A stretch of 64,000 bases of DNA from Gemmatimonadaceae bacterium (GCA_040380205.1 JBEIJM010000002.1:2336-66335); one strand, 5' to 3'. Numbered from the stretch's first letter, positions 49,770 through 60,128 are shown. Notes: generated from the letters alone by a model not told the origin. Program-made: numbers and translations.

Positions 49770-50734
49770 CCGTCCACCATCCCCCCGCCGCCGCCCCCGT
49801 CCTCGTGGTCGGCTCCGTGGCGCTCGACTCCGTCGAGACCCCCTTCGGCAAGGTCGACGAGGCCCTCGGCGGCTCCGGCACCTACTTCTCCTCCTCCGCC
49901 TCGCACTTCGCCCCCGTCCAGCTGGTGGGGGTGGTGGGCGACGACTACCCCGTCGACCAGCTGGCCCCGCTCACGGCGCGCGGCGTGGACCTGGGCGGGT
50001 TGGAGCAGGCGGCCGGCAGCAGCTTCCGCTGGCGCGGGCGCTACCGCCACGACCTCAACTCGGCCGAGACGCTCGAGACGCACCTCGGCGTGTTCTCGAG
50101 CTTCCGCCCCAAGATCCCCGACGCCTTCCGCGCCGCCCCGTTCGTCTTCCTGGCCAACATCGACCCGCGGCTGCAGCTGCAGGTCCTCGACCAGGTCGAG
50201 CGCCCGCGGCTGGTGGCGTGCGACACGATGAACTTCTGGATCGAGTCGCGCCGCCCCGAGCTGCTGGAGCTGCTGGGGCGGGTGGATCTCGTCACCCTCA
50301 ACGACGGCGAGGCGCGCCAGCTCACCGAGCGCGCCAACCTCGTGCAGGCCGCGCGGTGGATCCTGGACCGCGGCCCGCGCTTCGTGCTCATCAAGAAGGG
50401 AGAGCACGGCGCCTTCATGTTCACGCGCGACAGCATCTTCTTCGCCCCCGCCTATCCCCTGGAAGCCGTCTTCGACCCCACCGGGGCCGGCGATTCCTTC
50501 GCGGGCGGCTTCATCGGCTACCTCGCGGCCACCGGCGACCTTTCCGAGCGCGGGATGCGTCGCGCCGTCGTCGTGGGCTCGGCCATGGGCTCCTTCGCGG
50601 TGGAGCGCTTCTCCAACGCGCGCCTCCTGGAAGTCACGCGCGCCGACATCGATGCGCGCATTCGCGCGTTCCGCCAGCTGGTGGCGTTCGACATGGAGCT
50701 CGACGGCGACGCGCCCGCCGGGGACGCCGCATGA
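49766..50734 (+). CDS. PfkB/ribokinase-family kinase
   Basis: GSVALD, LGGS, DTMNFWI, IKKGEHGA, DPTGAGDSFAGG. Confidence 0.92.
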   Translation: MTVHHPPAAAPVLVVGSVALDSVETPFGKVDEALGGSGTYFSSSASHFAPVQLVGVVGDDYPVDQLAPLTARGVDLGGLEQAAGSSFRWRGRYRHDLNSAETLETHLGVFSSFRPKIPDAFRAAPFVFLANIDPRLQLQVLDQVERPRLVACDTMNFWIESRRPELLELLGRVDLVTLNDGEARQLTERANLVQAARWILDRGPRFVLIKKGEHGAFMFTRDSIFFAPAYPLEAVFDPTGAGDSFAGGFIGYLAATGDLSERGMRRAVVVGSAMGSFAVERFSNARLLEVTRADIDARIRAFRQLVAFDMELDGDAPAGDAA

Positions 50735-51798
50735 CGGGCGCGGTCCCCGGGGGCACCGCGGGCGGCGCGCTGGACTACCGCGCCGCCGGCGTGGACATCG
50801 ACGCGGCCGATGACGCCAAGCACCGGCTCGCCAAGCTGGTGCAGTCCACCCTCACCGCCGGCGCGCGTGGCGCCTTTGGCGGCTTCGGCGGCATGTTCCG
50901 CGTCCCCGAAGGGTACCGCGCCCCGCTGCTGGTCAGCAGCGCCGACGGCGTGGGCACCAAGATCAAGCTGGCCATCGAGGCCGGACGCCACGACACCATC
51001 GGCCACTGTCTCGTCAACCACTGCACCAATGACATTCTGGTGCAGGGCGCCGTCCCGCTGTTCTTCCTCGACTACGTGGCCTTCGGCAAGCTGGAGCCGC
51101 CCGTGGTGGAGGCGGTGGTGGCCGGCGTGGCCGCCGGGTGCCGGGAGAACGGCTGCAGCCTGATTGGCGGGGAGACCGCCGAGATGCCCGGGGTGTATAC
51201 CCCTCCCGACTACGACCTGGCCGGCTTCATCGTCGGCATCGTGGAGGAGGCCGACGTGCTGGGGAGCCAGCGGGTGGCCGCCGGCGACGTGCTCCTCGGC
51301 ATGCCCAGCCACGGGTTGCACACCAATGGCTACTCGCTGGCGCGCCGCATCCTGGCCGACCGGCTGCAGCTGGGGGTACACGACCCGTTCCCCGAGGCCG
51401 GCGGGGCCACCGTGGCCGACGTGATGCTGCAGGTGCACCGGTCGTACCTCCCCGCGCTGCGCCCGCTGCTCCCGCACTGCCGCGCGCTGGCGCACATCAC
51501 GGGGGGCGGGCTCCCGGGAAATCTGAACCGCGCGCTGCCGTCCACCCTGGATGCCGTGGTGGACACGGCCTCGTGGGCAGTGCCGTCGCTCTTCCGCGTG
51601 CTGGGGGATGCCGGACAGGTCCCGCTGGCCGAGCAGTTCCGGGCCTTCAACATGGGGGTGGGGATGGTGGCCATCGTGGAACCGGCGCAGGCCGGTGGGG
51701 TGATGGAGGCCCTGCGGGGGGCGGGCGTGGACGCGTGGGAGCTGGGGCGCGTGGTCCCCGGGACCGGGCGCGTGCGGCTGGACGGGGTGGACGCATGA
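50731..51798 (+). CDS. purM: Phosphoribosylformylglycinamidine cyclo-ligase (AIR synthetase)
   Basis: YRAAGVDI, DGVGTK, PLFFLDY, GGETAEMPG, GLHTNGYSL, HITGGG, FNMGVG. Confidence 0.97.
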   Translation: MTGAVPGGTAGGALDYRAAGVDIDAADDAKHRLAKLVQSTLTAGARGAFGGFGGMFRVPEGYRAPLLVSSADGVGTKIKLAIEAGRHDTIGHCLVNHCTNDILVQGAVPLFFLDYVAFGKLEPPVVEAVVAGVAAGCRENGCSLIGGETAEMPGVYTPPDYDLAGFIVGIVEEADVLGSQRVAAGDVLLGMPSHGLHTNGYSLARRILADRLQLGVHDPFPEAGGATVADVMLQVHRSYLPALRPLLPHCRALAHITGGGLPGNLNRALPSTLDAVVDTASWAVPSLFRVLGDAGQVPLAEQFRAFNMGVGMVAIVEPAQAGGVMEALRGAGVDAWELGRVVPGTGRVRLDGVDA

Positions 51799-52787
51799 GG
51801 CGCGTGGCGCAGGGTGCCGTGGTGGCGCTCCTGACCGCGCTGGGGCCGGCGCGGGCGCACGCCCAGTGCACCGTGTCCCCCGCCAGTGCCAGCGGCGCTG
51901 ACGCCTGCCAGAAGGTCCGCGACCTCTTCGCGTTCATCGCGCCGCAGGTGGGGGTGGCCGTGGGCGCCGGCAACCCGGTGCTGGGCGAAGCGGGGACGCT
52001 GGGCGGGCTGGGGAAGCTGGCGCTCTCGGCCCGCATGGGCGTCACCGACGGCTTCGTCCCCGCCAACGGCGTCAGCATCGCCGTCACCGGGGCGGCCGTG
52101 GCCAGCGACTTCGGCGCCACGCGGGCCCCCATTCCCATGCCCGCGGTGGACGCGGCCATCGGGCTCTTCAAGGGGCTGTCGCTCGGCATCACCAACGTGG
52201 GCGGGGTGGACCTGCTGGTGGGGGGGACGTGGCTCCCCACCATCGAGAAGGGCGAGGTAGCGTTCGCGCCGCGCAGCGGCGGCGTGGGGCTGGGCGGCGG
52301 CGTGCGCGTGGGCATCCTGCAGGAGTCGGCGTTCGTCCCGGGGGTGAGCGCCAGCTACATGCTCCGGCGCACCCCCGTGCTCGACCTGACGTACGCCACC
52401 GGCAACGACACGCTGCGTCTGGCCGACGCCCGGGTCTCCGTGCGCTCCCTGCGGCTGGTGGCCGGCAAGCGCTTGTTCCTCGTGGGGGTGTCCGCCGGGG
52501 TGGGGCGCGACCAGGTCAGCGGCTCCGCGGCGCTCGCCGCCACGGTCAACGAAACCGTCGCCGGCACCCCCCAGCGCTTCAGCGTGTCGCTGGCGGAGGT
52601 GGGCCCCACGGTCACGCGCAACACGGCGTTTGTCAGCGCGTCGTTCAGCCTGCTCATCGCCCGGCTGGTGGCGGAGTACGGGTGGTCGGATAGTCAGGGG
52701 CCACTGGCCACGGTGAACCGCTTCGGTGGCAAGGCGGCCAACGCCTCCGGGCGGTACGGGTCCGTCGGGCTCGCCGTCCGCTTCTGA
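51795..52787 (+). CDS. Uncharacterised putative outer-membrane beta-barrel protein
   Basis: Signal peptide AHA|Q, N-terminal Cys pair, Gly-rich amphipathic strands, C-terminal YGSVGLAVRF beta-signal. Confidence 0.7.
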   Translation: MRRVAQGAVVALLTALGPARAHAQCTVSPASASGADACQKVRDLFAFIAPQVGVAVGAGNPVLGEAGTLGGLGKLALSARMGVTDGFVPANGVSIAVTGAAVASDFGATRAPIPMPAVDAAIGLFKGLSLGITNVGGVDLLVGGTWLPTIEKGEVAFAPRSGGVGLGGGVRVGILQESAFVPGVSASYMLRRTPVLDLTYATGNDTLRLADARVSVRSLRLVAGKRLFLVGVSAGVGRDQVSGSAALAATVNETVAGTPQRFSVSLAEVGPTVTRNTAFVSASFSLLIARLVAEYGWSDSQGPLATVNRFGGKAANASGRYGSVGLAVRF

Positions 52788-52800
52788 GGCGCCGGCGGCG

Positions 52801-53898
52801 GTGAGCGAGCCATCGCGCGCCGCCGACGAGCGCTGGATGCGCCGCGCGCTGGCGCTGGCCGAGCGCGGGGCCGGGCAGGTGGCGCCCAACCCCAAGGTGG
52901 GCGCGGTGCTGGTGCGCGGCGGCGTGCTGGTGGGGGAAGGGTGGCACTCCCGGTTTGGCGCCTCGCACGCCGAAGTGATGGCGCTGGACGCGGCGGGTGA
53001 CTTGGCCCGCGGCGCCACCGCGTACGTGTCGCTGGAACCGTGCGCCCACCACGGCAAGACCCCCCCGTGCGCTGATGCGCTGGTAGCGGCCGGAGTGGCG
53101 CGCGTGGTGTGCGCCACGCGCGATCCCAACCCGGTGGCGGCGGGTGGCGTGGAGCGGCTGCGGGCGGCCGGCGTGGTGGTCACCGTCGGCGTGCTGGAGG
53201 CGGAGGCGGTAGCGGCCAATGCCCCCTTCCACTTCGCCGCCCGCGGCGAGGCGCGGCCGTTCGTGACCCTCAAGCTGGCGCTCTCCCTCGACGGCGGGCT
53301 GGTGGACGCGTCCCGGCAGCGCGGGTGGCTCACCGGCCCCGAGGCGCAACAGGCCGTCCATGTCCTGCGCGCGGAGGCCGATGCGGTGGGGGTGGGCATT
53401 GGCACGGCACTCGCCGACGACCCGGCGCTCACGGTGCGGTTGGCACCGGCCCCGCGGGTGCCCCCCCTGCGCGTGGTGTTCGATCGTCAGGGGCGCCTGC
53501 CGCTCGACGGTCGGCTGGTGCGCACGGCCCACGACGTGCCGGTGCTGGTGGTCATGGCCCCCGGTGGCGACGGCCGCGCGCGGCAGGCGCTGGAGTCGCG
53601 CGGGGTGGGCGTGGTCGAGGCCGATTCGCTGGCGCATGCCCTGCGCGTCCTGCGGGGGCGCGGCATCCGCCATCTCCTGCTGGAAGGGGGGGCGGGGATG
53701 GCCACCGCCGCGATGGCCGCCGGGGTGGTGGACCACCTGATTACGTTTCAGGCTCCGGTCATTCTGGGGCGTGACCTGCTGCCACCCTTCGGGGCGCTCA
53801 GCCCCCGGGCGGCGGCCTCGGCGCCGCGCCTGCGGGTGCTGGCGCGCCGGGCGCTGGGCGCGGACCTGATCACCCATTACGACGTGGCGGGAGGCTGA
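52801..53898 (+). CDS. ribD: Riboflavin biosynthesis deaminase/reductase RibD
   Basis: PNPKVG, HAE, SLEPCAHHGKTPPC, KLALSLDG, LEGG. Confidence 0.96.
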   Translation: MSEPSRAADERWMRRALALAERGAGQVAPNPKVGAVLVRGGVLVGEGWHSRFGASHAEVMALDAAGDLARGATAYVSLEPCAHHGKTPPCADALVAAGVARVVCATRDPNPVAAGGVERLRAAGVVVTVGVLEAEAVAANAPFHFAARGEARPFVTLKLALSLDGGLVDASRQRGWLTGPEAQQAVHVLRAEADAVGVGIGTALADDPALTVRLAPAPRVPPLRVVFDRQGRLPLDGRLVRTAHDVPVLVVMAPGGDGRARQALESRGVGVVEADSLAHALRVLRGRGIRHLLLEGGAGMATAAMAAGVVDHLITFQAPVILGRDLLPPFGALSPRAAASAPRLRVLARRALGADLITHYDVAGG

Positions 53899-53905
53899 GC
53901 GGCGG

Positions 53906-54535
53906 ATGTTCACCGGACTGGTGGAGGCGGTGGGGACGATCACCCGGGGGGCGGAAACGCCGGCCGGCCGTGAGCTGTGCATCGCCGCGCCCTACGATGG
54001 GCTCCGGGAGGGGGAAAGCATCGCCTGCAACGGGGCGTGCCTCACGGTCCGCACGCACGGCATCGACGAGGGCGGCCCGTGGTTCACGGTGGCCGCGGTG
54101 GATACCACGCTGGCCCGCACCACCATCGGGAGCTGGCAGGAGGGGCAGGGGGTCAACCTGGAGCGCGCGATGCGCCTGGGCGACCGTCTGGGCGGGCATC
54201 TGGTGCTCGGCCACGTGGACGGCGTGGGCACCGTGATGCGCACCCGCGACACCGCCGACGCGTGGCTCATCGAGCTGGCACTCCCCGAGGCGCTGCGCCC
54301 CCTCATGGTGGACAAGGGCTCCATCACCGTGGATGGCGTGAGCCTCACGGTGGACGCCCTGCGCCCCGACGGGGTGCAGTTGTCCATCATCGAGTACACC
54401 CGCCGGCACACCACGCTGGGGGCGCTGCAGGCGGGCGCCGCCGTGCACGTGGAGGCGGACATCCTGGCCAAGCACGTGGCGCGACTGGTGGAGCCGCGCC
54501 TGGCCGCGCTGCGCGGGGAGCCCGCGTGCGCGTGA
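53906..54535 (+). CDS. ribE: Riboflavin synthase (alpha chain)
   Basis: MFTGLV, NGACLTV, VNLERA, GGHLVLGHVDG, KGSITVDGVSLTV. Confidence 0.96.
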   Translation: MFTGLVEAVGTITRGAETPAGRELCIAAPYDGLREGESIACNGACLTVRTHGIDEGGPWFTVAAVDTTLARTTIGSWQEGQGVNLERAMRLGDRLGGHLVLGHVDGVGTVMRTRDTADAWLIELALPEALRPLMVDKGSITVDGVSLTVDALRPDGVQLSIIEYTRRHTTLGALQAGAAVHVEADILAKHVARLVEPRLAALRGEPACA

Positions 54536-55794
54536 CCGACACCCCTCTGCAGGAGCTGCGGGACATGGAGCAGGCGGACGCCGACGTCACGGCGGCCTTC
54601 GGGACCGTGGAACAGGCGCTGGCGGACATCGCCGCCGGCAAGTTCGTGGTGGTGGCCGACGACGAGGACCGCGAGAACGAGGGGGACCTCATCTGCGCCG
54701 CGGAAGCGGTCACCCCGGCCATGGTCAACTTCATGCTCGAGGCCAAGGGGATGATCTGCCTCGCCATGACCAATGCCTGGGCGGATCATCTCGGCCTGTC
54801 CATGCAGGCCGACGACAACACCGAGGCGATGCAGACGGCGTTCACCGTCAGCATCGACGCCGCCGCGCACCACGGGGTCACCACCGGCATCAGCGCCGCC
54901 GATCGCGCCGCGACCATTCGCGTCGCGGTGGACCCGGCCTCCACGCGCGCGGATCTCCGCGTGCCCGGGCACATCCATCCGCTGCGCGCCCGCGATGGCG
55001 GCGTGCTCCAGCGGGTGGGACACACCGAGGCGGCGGTGGACCTCGCGCGGCTGGCCGGGCTGCGCCCCGCCGGCGTCATCTGCGAGATCCTCAATCGCGA
55101 CGGGACCACGGCGCGACGCCCCCAGCTGGAGGCATTCGCGCGCGAGCACGGCCTGACCTTCATCACCGTGGCGCAGCTGGTGGCCTACCGGCTCAAGGTG
55201 GAGCGGCTGGTGCACCGCGTGGCCGAGGCGCGCCTCCCCACCCTGCACGGGGAGTGGCGCATCGCCGGCTACCGCAACGACGTGGACACCCGCGAGCACC
55301 TCGCGCTGGTGTACGGGGAGGTGGACGGCGCCGAGGAGGTGCTGGTCCGCATGCACTCCAAGTGCCTCACGGGCGACGTCTTCCACTCCCAGCGGTGCGA
55401 TTGCGGGTGGCAGCTGGAGACGGCGATGCAGATGATCCAGGCTGAGGGGCGCGGGGTGCTGGTGTACCTGGACCAGGAGGGGCGCGGCATCGGGCTCCTC
55501 AACAAGCTCAAGGCGTACGAGCTGCAGGACCGGGGCGCCGACACGGTGGAGGCCAACGAGCAGCTGGGCTTCAAGGCCGACTTGCGCAACTACGGCATCG
55601 GCGCCCAGATCCTGCTCGACCTGGGGATCCGCTCCATTCGCGTCCTCACCAACAATCCGCGCAAGCTCGTGGGGCTCGACGGGTACGGGCTGGCGCTGGC
55701 CGGCCGGGTGCGCATCGAGGCCCCGTCGACCGAGGAGAACGCCGCCTACCTCGAGACCAAGCGCAGCAAGCTGGGCCACCTGTTCGCCTCCTGA
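54532..55794 (+). CDS. ribBA: Bifunctional DHBP synthase / GTP cyclohydrolase II
   Basis: DDEDRENEGD, TAFTVSID, GHTEA, HSKCLTGD..RCDC, QEGRGIG, LTNNP. Start 54532 or 54565. Confidence 0.96.
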   Translation: MTDTPLQELRDMEQADADVTAAFGTVEQALADIAAGKFVVVADDEDRENEGDLICAAEAVTPAMVNFMLEAKGMICLAMTNAWADHLGLSMQADDNTEAMQTAFTVSIDAAAHHGVTTGISAADRAATIRVAVDPASTRADLRVPGHIHPLRARDGGVLQRVGHTEAAVDLARLAGLRPAGVICEILNRDGTTARRPQLEAFAREHGLTFITVAQLVAYRLKVERLVHRVAEARLPTLHGEWRIAGYRNDVDTREHLALVYGEVDGAEEVLVRMHSKCLTGDVFHSQRCDCGWQLETAMQMIQAEGRGVLVYLDQEGRGIGLLNKLKAYELQDRGADTVEANEQLGFKADLRNYGIGAQILLDLGIRSIRVLTNNPRKLVGLDGYGLALAGRVRIEAPSTEENAAYLETKRSKLGHLFAS

Positions 55795-55805
55795 CCTCCC
55801 TCCGC

Positions 55806-56294
55806 ATGCCCGAGTTTTCCGGTTCCCCCCGCGGCGATGGCCGCCGCCTCGTGGTCGTCGCCAGCCGCTTCAACGAGGGGGTGACGCTCCCCTTGGCTGA
55901 GGGGGCGGTCGCTGCGCTGGTGCGGCAGGGGGTGGCCTTCGAGGACATCGACGTGCTGTGGGTGCCCGGGGCCTGGGAGCTCCCCGTGGCAGTGCGGCGG
56001 GCGTTGGCCTCCGAGCGGTATGACGCGGCGGTGGCGGTGGGGGCCGTGGTGCGGGGGGACACCCCGCATTTCGACATCGTGGCGGGGGAGGCCGCTCGCG
56101 GCCTCATGGAGGCCATGCGCGACTATGAGGTGCCCGTCACGCTCGGGCTGCTGACCACCGACACGCTGGCGCAGGCCGAGGCGCGGGCGGGCGGGGCGCA
56201 CGGCAACAAGGGGGAGGATGCGGCGCTGGCGGTGCTCGAGCTGCTGGACTTGCTCGACCGGGCGGTTCCGGGCGAGGCGGGGGAGTCCGCGTGA
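55806..56294 (+). CDS. ribH: Lumazine synthase
   Basis: SRFN, VPGAWELP, RGDTPHF, GNKG. Confidence 0.96.
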   Translation: MPEFSGSPRGDGRRLVVVASRFNEGVTLPLAEGAVAALVRQGVAFEDIDVLWVPGAWELPVAVRRALASERYDAAVAVGAVVRGDTPHFDIVAGEAARGLMEAMRDYEVPVTLGLLTTDTLAQAEARAGGAHGNKGEDAALAVLELLDLLDRAVPGEAGESA

Positions 56295-56809
56295 GCACCG
56301 ACCTGCGCGATGAGGCGTTCTGGAGTGCGCCGGTGCAGGAGCCGCTGCTCCCGCGCACCGGGCGTCGGCAGCGCGGCAGCCGGGAGACGGCGCGTCAGGA
56401 GCGGCTGGAGACCCGCGCGCGGGCGCGGGCGCTGCAGGCGCTCTATGCCGCCGATGTGCGGGACCTGACCCAGCTCCGTCGCATTGCCATGCAGGTGTTC
56501 GACGACCTGGCGGTCGACCCGGCGGAGCGGGCCTTTGCCACGCGGCTGGTGGCCACGGCGGCCGAACATGGCCCGCGGCTGGATGCCGAGCTCTCGGAGG
56601 TCACAGCCAATTGGCGCCTGGAGCGGTTGGGCGCGGTGGAACGCAGTGTCCTGCGCCTGGCGGCCGCGGAGCTGGCCCGGGGCGAGACGCCGGTGCGGGT
56701 GGTCCTGCAGGAGGCCGTGCACCTCGCCGAGCGCTACGGCACATCGCGGAGCGCGCGGTTCGTCAACGGCGTCCTCGACGCCTACGCCCGGCGGATCGGC
56801 CGGCTGTGA
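56291..56809 (+). CDS. nusB: Transcription antitermination factor NusB
   Basis: RARARALQALY, NWRLERLGAVER..LR, EAVHLA, FVNGVLD; follows ribH. Confidence 0.93.
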   Translation: MSTDLRDEAFWSAPVQEPLLPRTGRRQRGSRETARQERLETRARARALQALYAADVRDLTQLRRIAMQVFDDLAVDPAERAFATRLVATAAEHGPRLDAELSEVTANWRLERLGAVERSVLRLAAAELARGETPVRVVLQEAVHLAERYGTSRSARFVNGVLDAYARRIGRL

Positions 56810-57951
56810 GCCCCCACGGCGCGGCGCCGGCGCGGCCGCTGCGCATTGCGGTGGTCAATTGGCAGTGCCGCGATAACCCGCAGGCGGGCGGGGCCGAGAT
56901 CCACCTGCACGAGATCTTCGGGCGGCTCGCCGCCCGCGGCCACGCGGTCACGCTGCTGTGCGGCGGGTGGCCGGGCGCCCCGGCACGCGCCGAGCTCGAC
57001 GGCATCGCCGTGCATCGGGTGGGCACCCGGCACACCTTCCCCTTCCTCGCCCGGCGCTACTGGCACCGGCACCTGCTTGGGCAGGGCTTCGACGTGCTGG
57101 TCGAGGACATCAACAAGGTGCCCCTGTTCACCCCGCTCTGGCGCGGGCCGCGCCGGATGGCGCTGGTTCCGCACCTGTTCGGGGGGACGGCCTTTCGCGA
57201 GCTGGCGCCGCCGCTCGCCGCCGCCGTCTGGCTGGCCGAGCGCCCGTTGCCGCTGGTCTACCGGGGCATCCCGTTCGAGGCCATCTCGGAGAGCACCAAG
57301 GACGACTTGGCCGACCGCGGTATCCCGCGGGGCGCCGTGCGCGTCATTTTTCCGGGGATCGACACGGCCCGATACACCCCCGATCCGGCCGCCCGGGCCG
57401 ACCGGCCGCTGTTCGCTTACATCGGGCGGCTGAAGAAGTACAAGGGGGTGGACCTGGTGATTCGGGCCTTCGCCGCCTGCGGGGTCCCCGAGGCCACGCT
57501 GGAGGTGGCCGGGGCGGGGGAGTACCGGCCGGCACTGGAGCGGCTGGCGGGAACTTTGGGGGTGGCTTCGCGGGTACGATTTCTTGGACGGGTGGATGAG
57601 TCGGTCAAGGTGGCCCTGCTGCGACGGGCATGGGCCACCCTCTTCGCATCACCAAAGGAGGGATGGGGGATCACGAACCTGGAGTCGGCGGCCAGCGGCA
57701 CCCCGGTGATCGCGTCGAATTCCCCGGGGATCCGCGAGTCGGTGCGGCATGGCGAGACGGGCTTTCTCGTGCCGCATGGGCAGGTCGCTGCGATGGCCGA
57801 GCAGATGCGGCTCCTCAGCGGCGAGCGGGCGCTCGTCGAACGCCTGGGGAGTGCGGCACGGCGGTTCGCCGAGGGGTTCACCTGGGCGGGCGCTGCCGAT
57901 GCGACCGAAGCCCACCTCCGCGAGGTGGTGGGTCACACGGGAGGTGGCTGA
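56806..57951 (+). CDS. GT4 (GT-B) glycosyltransferase
   Basis: AGGAE, GRLKKYKG, EGWGITNLE (Ex7E), GTPVIAS, GETGFLV. Confidence 0.9.
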   Translation: MSPHGAAPARPLRIAVVNWQCRDNPQAGGAEIHLHEIFGRLAARGHAVTLLCGGWPGAPARAELDGIAVHRVGTRHTFPFLARRYWHRHLLGQGFDVLVEDINKVPLFTPLWRGPRRMALVPHLFGGTAFRELAPPLAAAVWLAERPLPLVYRGIPFEAISESTKDDLADRGIPRGAVRVIFPGIDTARYTPDPAARADRPLFAYIGRLKKYKGVDLVIRAFAACGVPEATLEVAGAGEYRPALERLAGTLGVASRVRFLGRVDESVKVALLRRAWATLFASPKEGWGITNLESAASGTPVIASNSPGIRESVRHGETGFLVPHGQVAAMAEQMRLLSGERALVERLGSAARRFAEGFTWAGAADATEAHLREVVGHTGGG

Positions 57952-58262
57952 TGGAGATTGTCCTGCACGCACACCACGCCGAAGTGCCTGACACCGTCCG
58001 CGCGACCGCGGTGGCCGCCCTGCGCCGGCTGGGCGAGCGACGGCGGCGCCTGGTGAATGCGCTGGTCCGCTTCGTGTCGGACGGACCGCAGCGCCGCGTG
58101 GAAATCGTCCTGCATGGCGCCCAGCATCGCGTGTTGTTCGCCTCCGCCGATCATGCGGCGTTTGCGCCGGCCCTGGCCGTGGCGCTGGACCGCGCGGAGG
58201 CCCAGCTGGCGCACACCCGGCGGCCGCGGCGCGGGACGCTGCGGGGGCAGCCCCCCCGGTGA
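57951..58262 (+). CDS. Divergent ribosome hibernation factor (HPF/RaiA-like)
   Basis: About 103 aa with a beta-alpha-beta-beta-beta-alpha pattern (MEIVLHAHH..., ALDRAEAQL); GGAGG RBS; typical position before hprK. Confidence 0.65.
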   Translation: MEIVLHAHHAEVPDTVRATAVAALRRLGERRRRLVNALVRFVSDGPQRRVEIVLHGAQHRVLFASADHAAFAPALAVALDRAEAQLAHTRRPRRGTLRGQPPR

Positions 58263-59233
58263 GCCAGCGCCTGACCGTGGGGATGCTCGTCGAGCGGATG
58301 GCCGAGCCGCTCGCCCTGGAGCTCCTGGGTCCCCCGGTCGGGCTGGACCGCGAGGTGACGAGCCCTGAGGCCTCCAGCCCAGGGCTCGTCCTGGCGGGGT
58401 ATGTGAACCGGTTCCCTTGGCAGCGGATCCAGGTGCTGGGGGAAACCGAGGTCACTTATCTGCAGGCGCTCGATCCGGCGCAGCGGGACGCCAATCTGGC
58501 GCAGTTCTTCAACTTTCCGCTCCCCTGCGTCTTCATCACCAAGTCGCTCGACCCGCCGGCGCCGTTCCTGCACCTGGCTGAGGAGGCGGGGGTGGCCGTC
58601 GTCCGCTCCCGCCTCAAGACCGCGGAATTCTACCGGCTCATCAAGCCCTACCTCGCCGAGCAGTTCGCCCCCACCACCACCCTCCACGGGTCGTTGGCCG
58701 ACGTGTACGGGGTCGGGCTCTTCTTCACCGGCAAGAGCGGCATCGGCAAGTCGGAGTGCGTGCTGGATCTCGTCGAGCGCGGGCACCGGCTGGTGGCCGA
58801 CGACCTGGTGTTCGTGTCCCGCCGGGGCAACGACATCCTCATCGGGCGCGGGCATGAGCTCCAACAGCACCACATGGAGATCCGGGGGGTGGGGCTCATC
58901 GACGTCCCCGCCATCTTCGGCATTCACGCCGTCCGGCAGCAGAAGCGCATCGAGGTGGTGGTGACACTCGAGGAGTGGGACGGTGCCGCCCACGTGGAGC
59001 GCACCGGGCTCGACGTCCAGACCACCACCATCCTCGGCGTCGATATCCCCCGCATCACGGTGCACCTCAACCCCGGCAAGAACATCACCGTCATCGCCGA
59101 GGTCATCGCCATGAACCATCTCCTGCGCTACTATCGCGGGGTGGACAGCGCCACGGCCTTCAACGAGCGGCTGATGGCCCGGATGAGCCGGCGTGAAGAC
59201 GCCCGGCGGTACCTCCAGGAGGATGTCGAGTAG
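58259..59233 (+). CDS. hprK: HPr(Ser) kinase/phosphorylase
   Basis: PGLVLAGY, RIQVLGETE, GKSGIGKSE, HRLVADD, MEIRGVGLID. Confidence 0.97.
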   Translation: MSQRLTVGMLVERMAEPLALELLGPPVGLDREVTSPEASSPGLVLAGYVNRFPWQRIQVLGETEVTYLQALDPAQRDANLAQFFNFPLPCVFITKSLDPPAPFLHLAEEAGVAVVRSRLKTAEFYRLIKPYLAEQFAPTTTLHGSLADVYGVGLFFTGKSGIGKSECVLDLVERGHRLVADDLVFVSRRGNDILIGRGHELQQHHMEIRGVGLIDVPAIFGIHAVRQQKRIEVVVTLEEWDGAAHVERTGLDVQTTTILGVDIPRITVHLNPGKNITVIAEVIAMNHLLRYYRGVDSATAFNERLMARMSRREDARRYLQEDVE

Positions 59234-59622
59234 TGGCGCATGTGGTGGCGGGACACGGCACCTTCGCGGCGGGCATCGTGTCGGCCGTGCAGCAGATCAC
59301 CGGCCGGGGCGACCGGTTCGTGGCCGTGTCGAACGAGGGGCAGGGGGGGGCGGAGCTGGAGGAGCGTCTGGCCCGGGTGGTCGACGACGCCGGCGCCGTG
59401 GTGGTCTTCACCGACCTGCCCGCGGGGAGCTGTTCGCTGGCCGCCCGCCGGTTGCAGCGTCGGGTCCCGGGGCTGCTGCTGGTCACCGGCGTCAACCTGC
59501 CCCTGCTGCTCGACGTGGCCATGGCCGAGGCGGGGGACCCGGCGGAGGTGGTGCGCGCCGCGCTCGAACGGGGCCGGCAGGCCATGCAGGCCACGCCCCC
59601 CCTGGCCGTCACCGGAGGCTGA
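59233..59622 (+). CDS. PTS mannose-class EIIA
   Basis: AGHG (phospho-His), FTDLPAGS, TGVNLPLL. Confidence 0.9.
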   Translation: MAHVVAGHGTFAAGIVSAVQQITGRGDRFVAVSNEGQGGAELEERLARVVDDAGAVVVFTDLPAGSCSLAARRLQRRVPGLLLVTGVNLPLLLDVAMAEAGDPAEVVRAALERGRQAMQATPPLAVTGG

Positions 59623-59628
59623 TCCCCC

Positions 59629-60123
59629 ATGCCCGTCCTGCTGCACCGCATTGATGATCGCCTGATTCATGGGCAGGTGGTGGTGGGGTGGGGACAGCCC
59701 CTGTCGCTCCGCTACATCGTGCTGGTGGACGACGAGGTGGCCGCCAGTGAATGGGAGCAGGAGCTGTACCGCATGGCGGTGCCGCCCGAGATGTCGGTGC
59801 GCTTCCTCTCCGTGGGGGAGGCGGCCGAGGCGCTCCCCGCCCTGGAGGCGCGCCCGGAGCCTGGCATCGTGCTGGTGGCTGACGTGGGCACCATGCAGCG
59901 CCTGGTGGACGCGCGCCCGGGGGCCATCACGGCCGTCAATGTGGGGGGCGTGCACCACGCCGCCGGGCGCACGGCTCGGCTGCGGTACGTCTTTCTCACC
60001 CCGGCCGAAGAGGCCGGGCTGCGGGCCATGGCCGCCCGCGGCGTGGTCGTGTCGGCGCAGGATGTCCCCGGGGCGCGTCCGGTGCCGCTGGAGGAATTGC
60101 TCACCTCCTCCGCGGAGGTGTAG
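59629..60123 (+). CDS. PTS mannose-class EIIB
   Basis: RIDDRLIHGQVVVGW, VNVGG. Confidence 0.95.
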   Translation: MPVLLHRIDDRLIHGQVVVGWGQPLSLRYIVLVDDEVAASEWEQELYRMAVPPEMSVRFLSVGEAAEALPALEARPEPGIVLVADVGTMQRLVDARPGAITAVNVGGVHHAAGRTARLRYVFLTPAEEAGLRAMAARGVVVSAQDVPGARPVPLEELLTSSAEV

Positions 60124-60128
60124 CGCAC

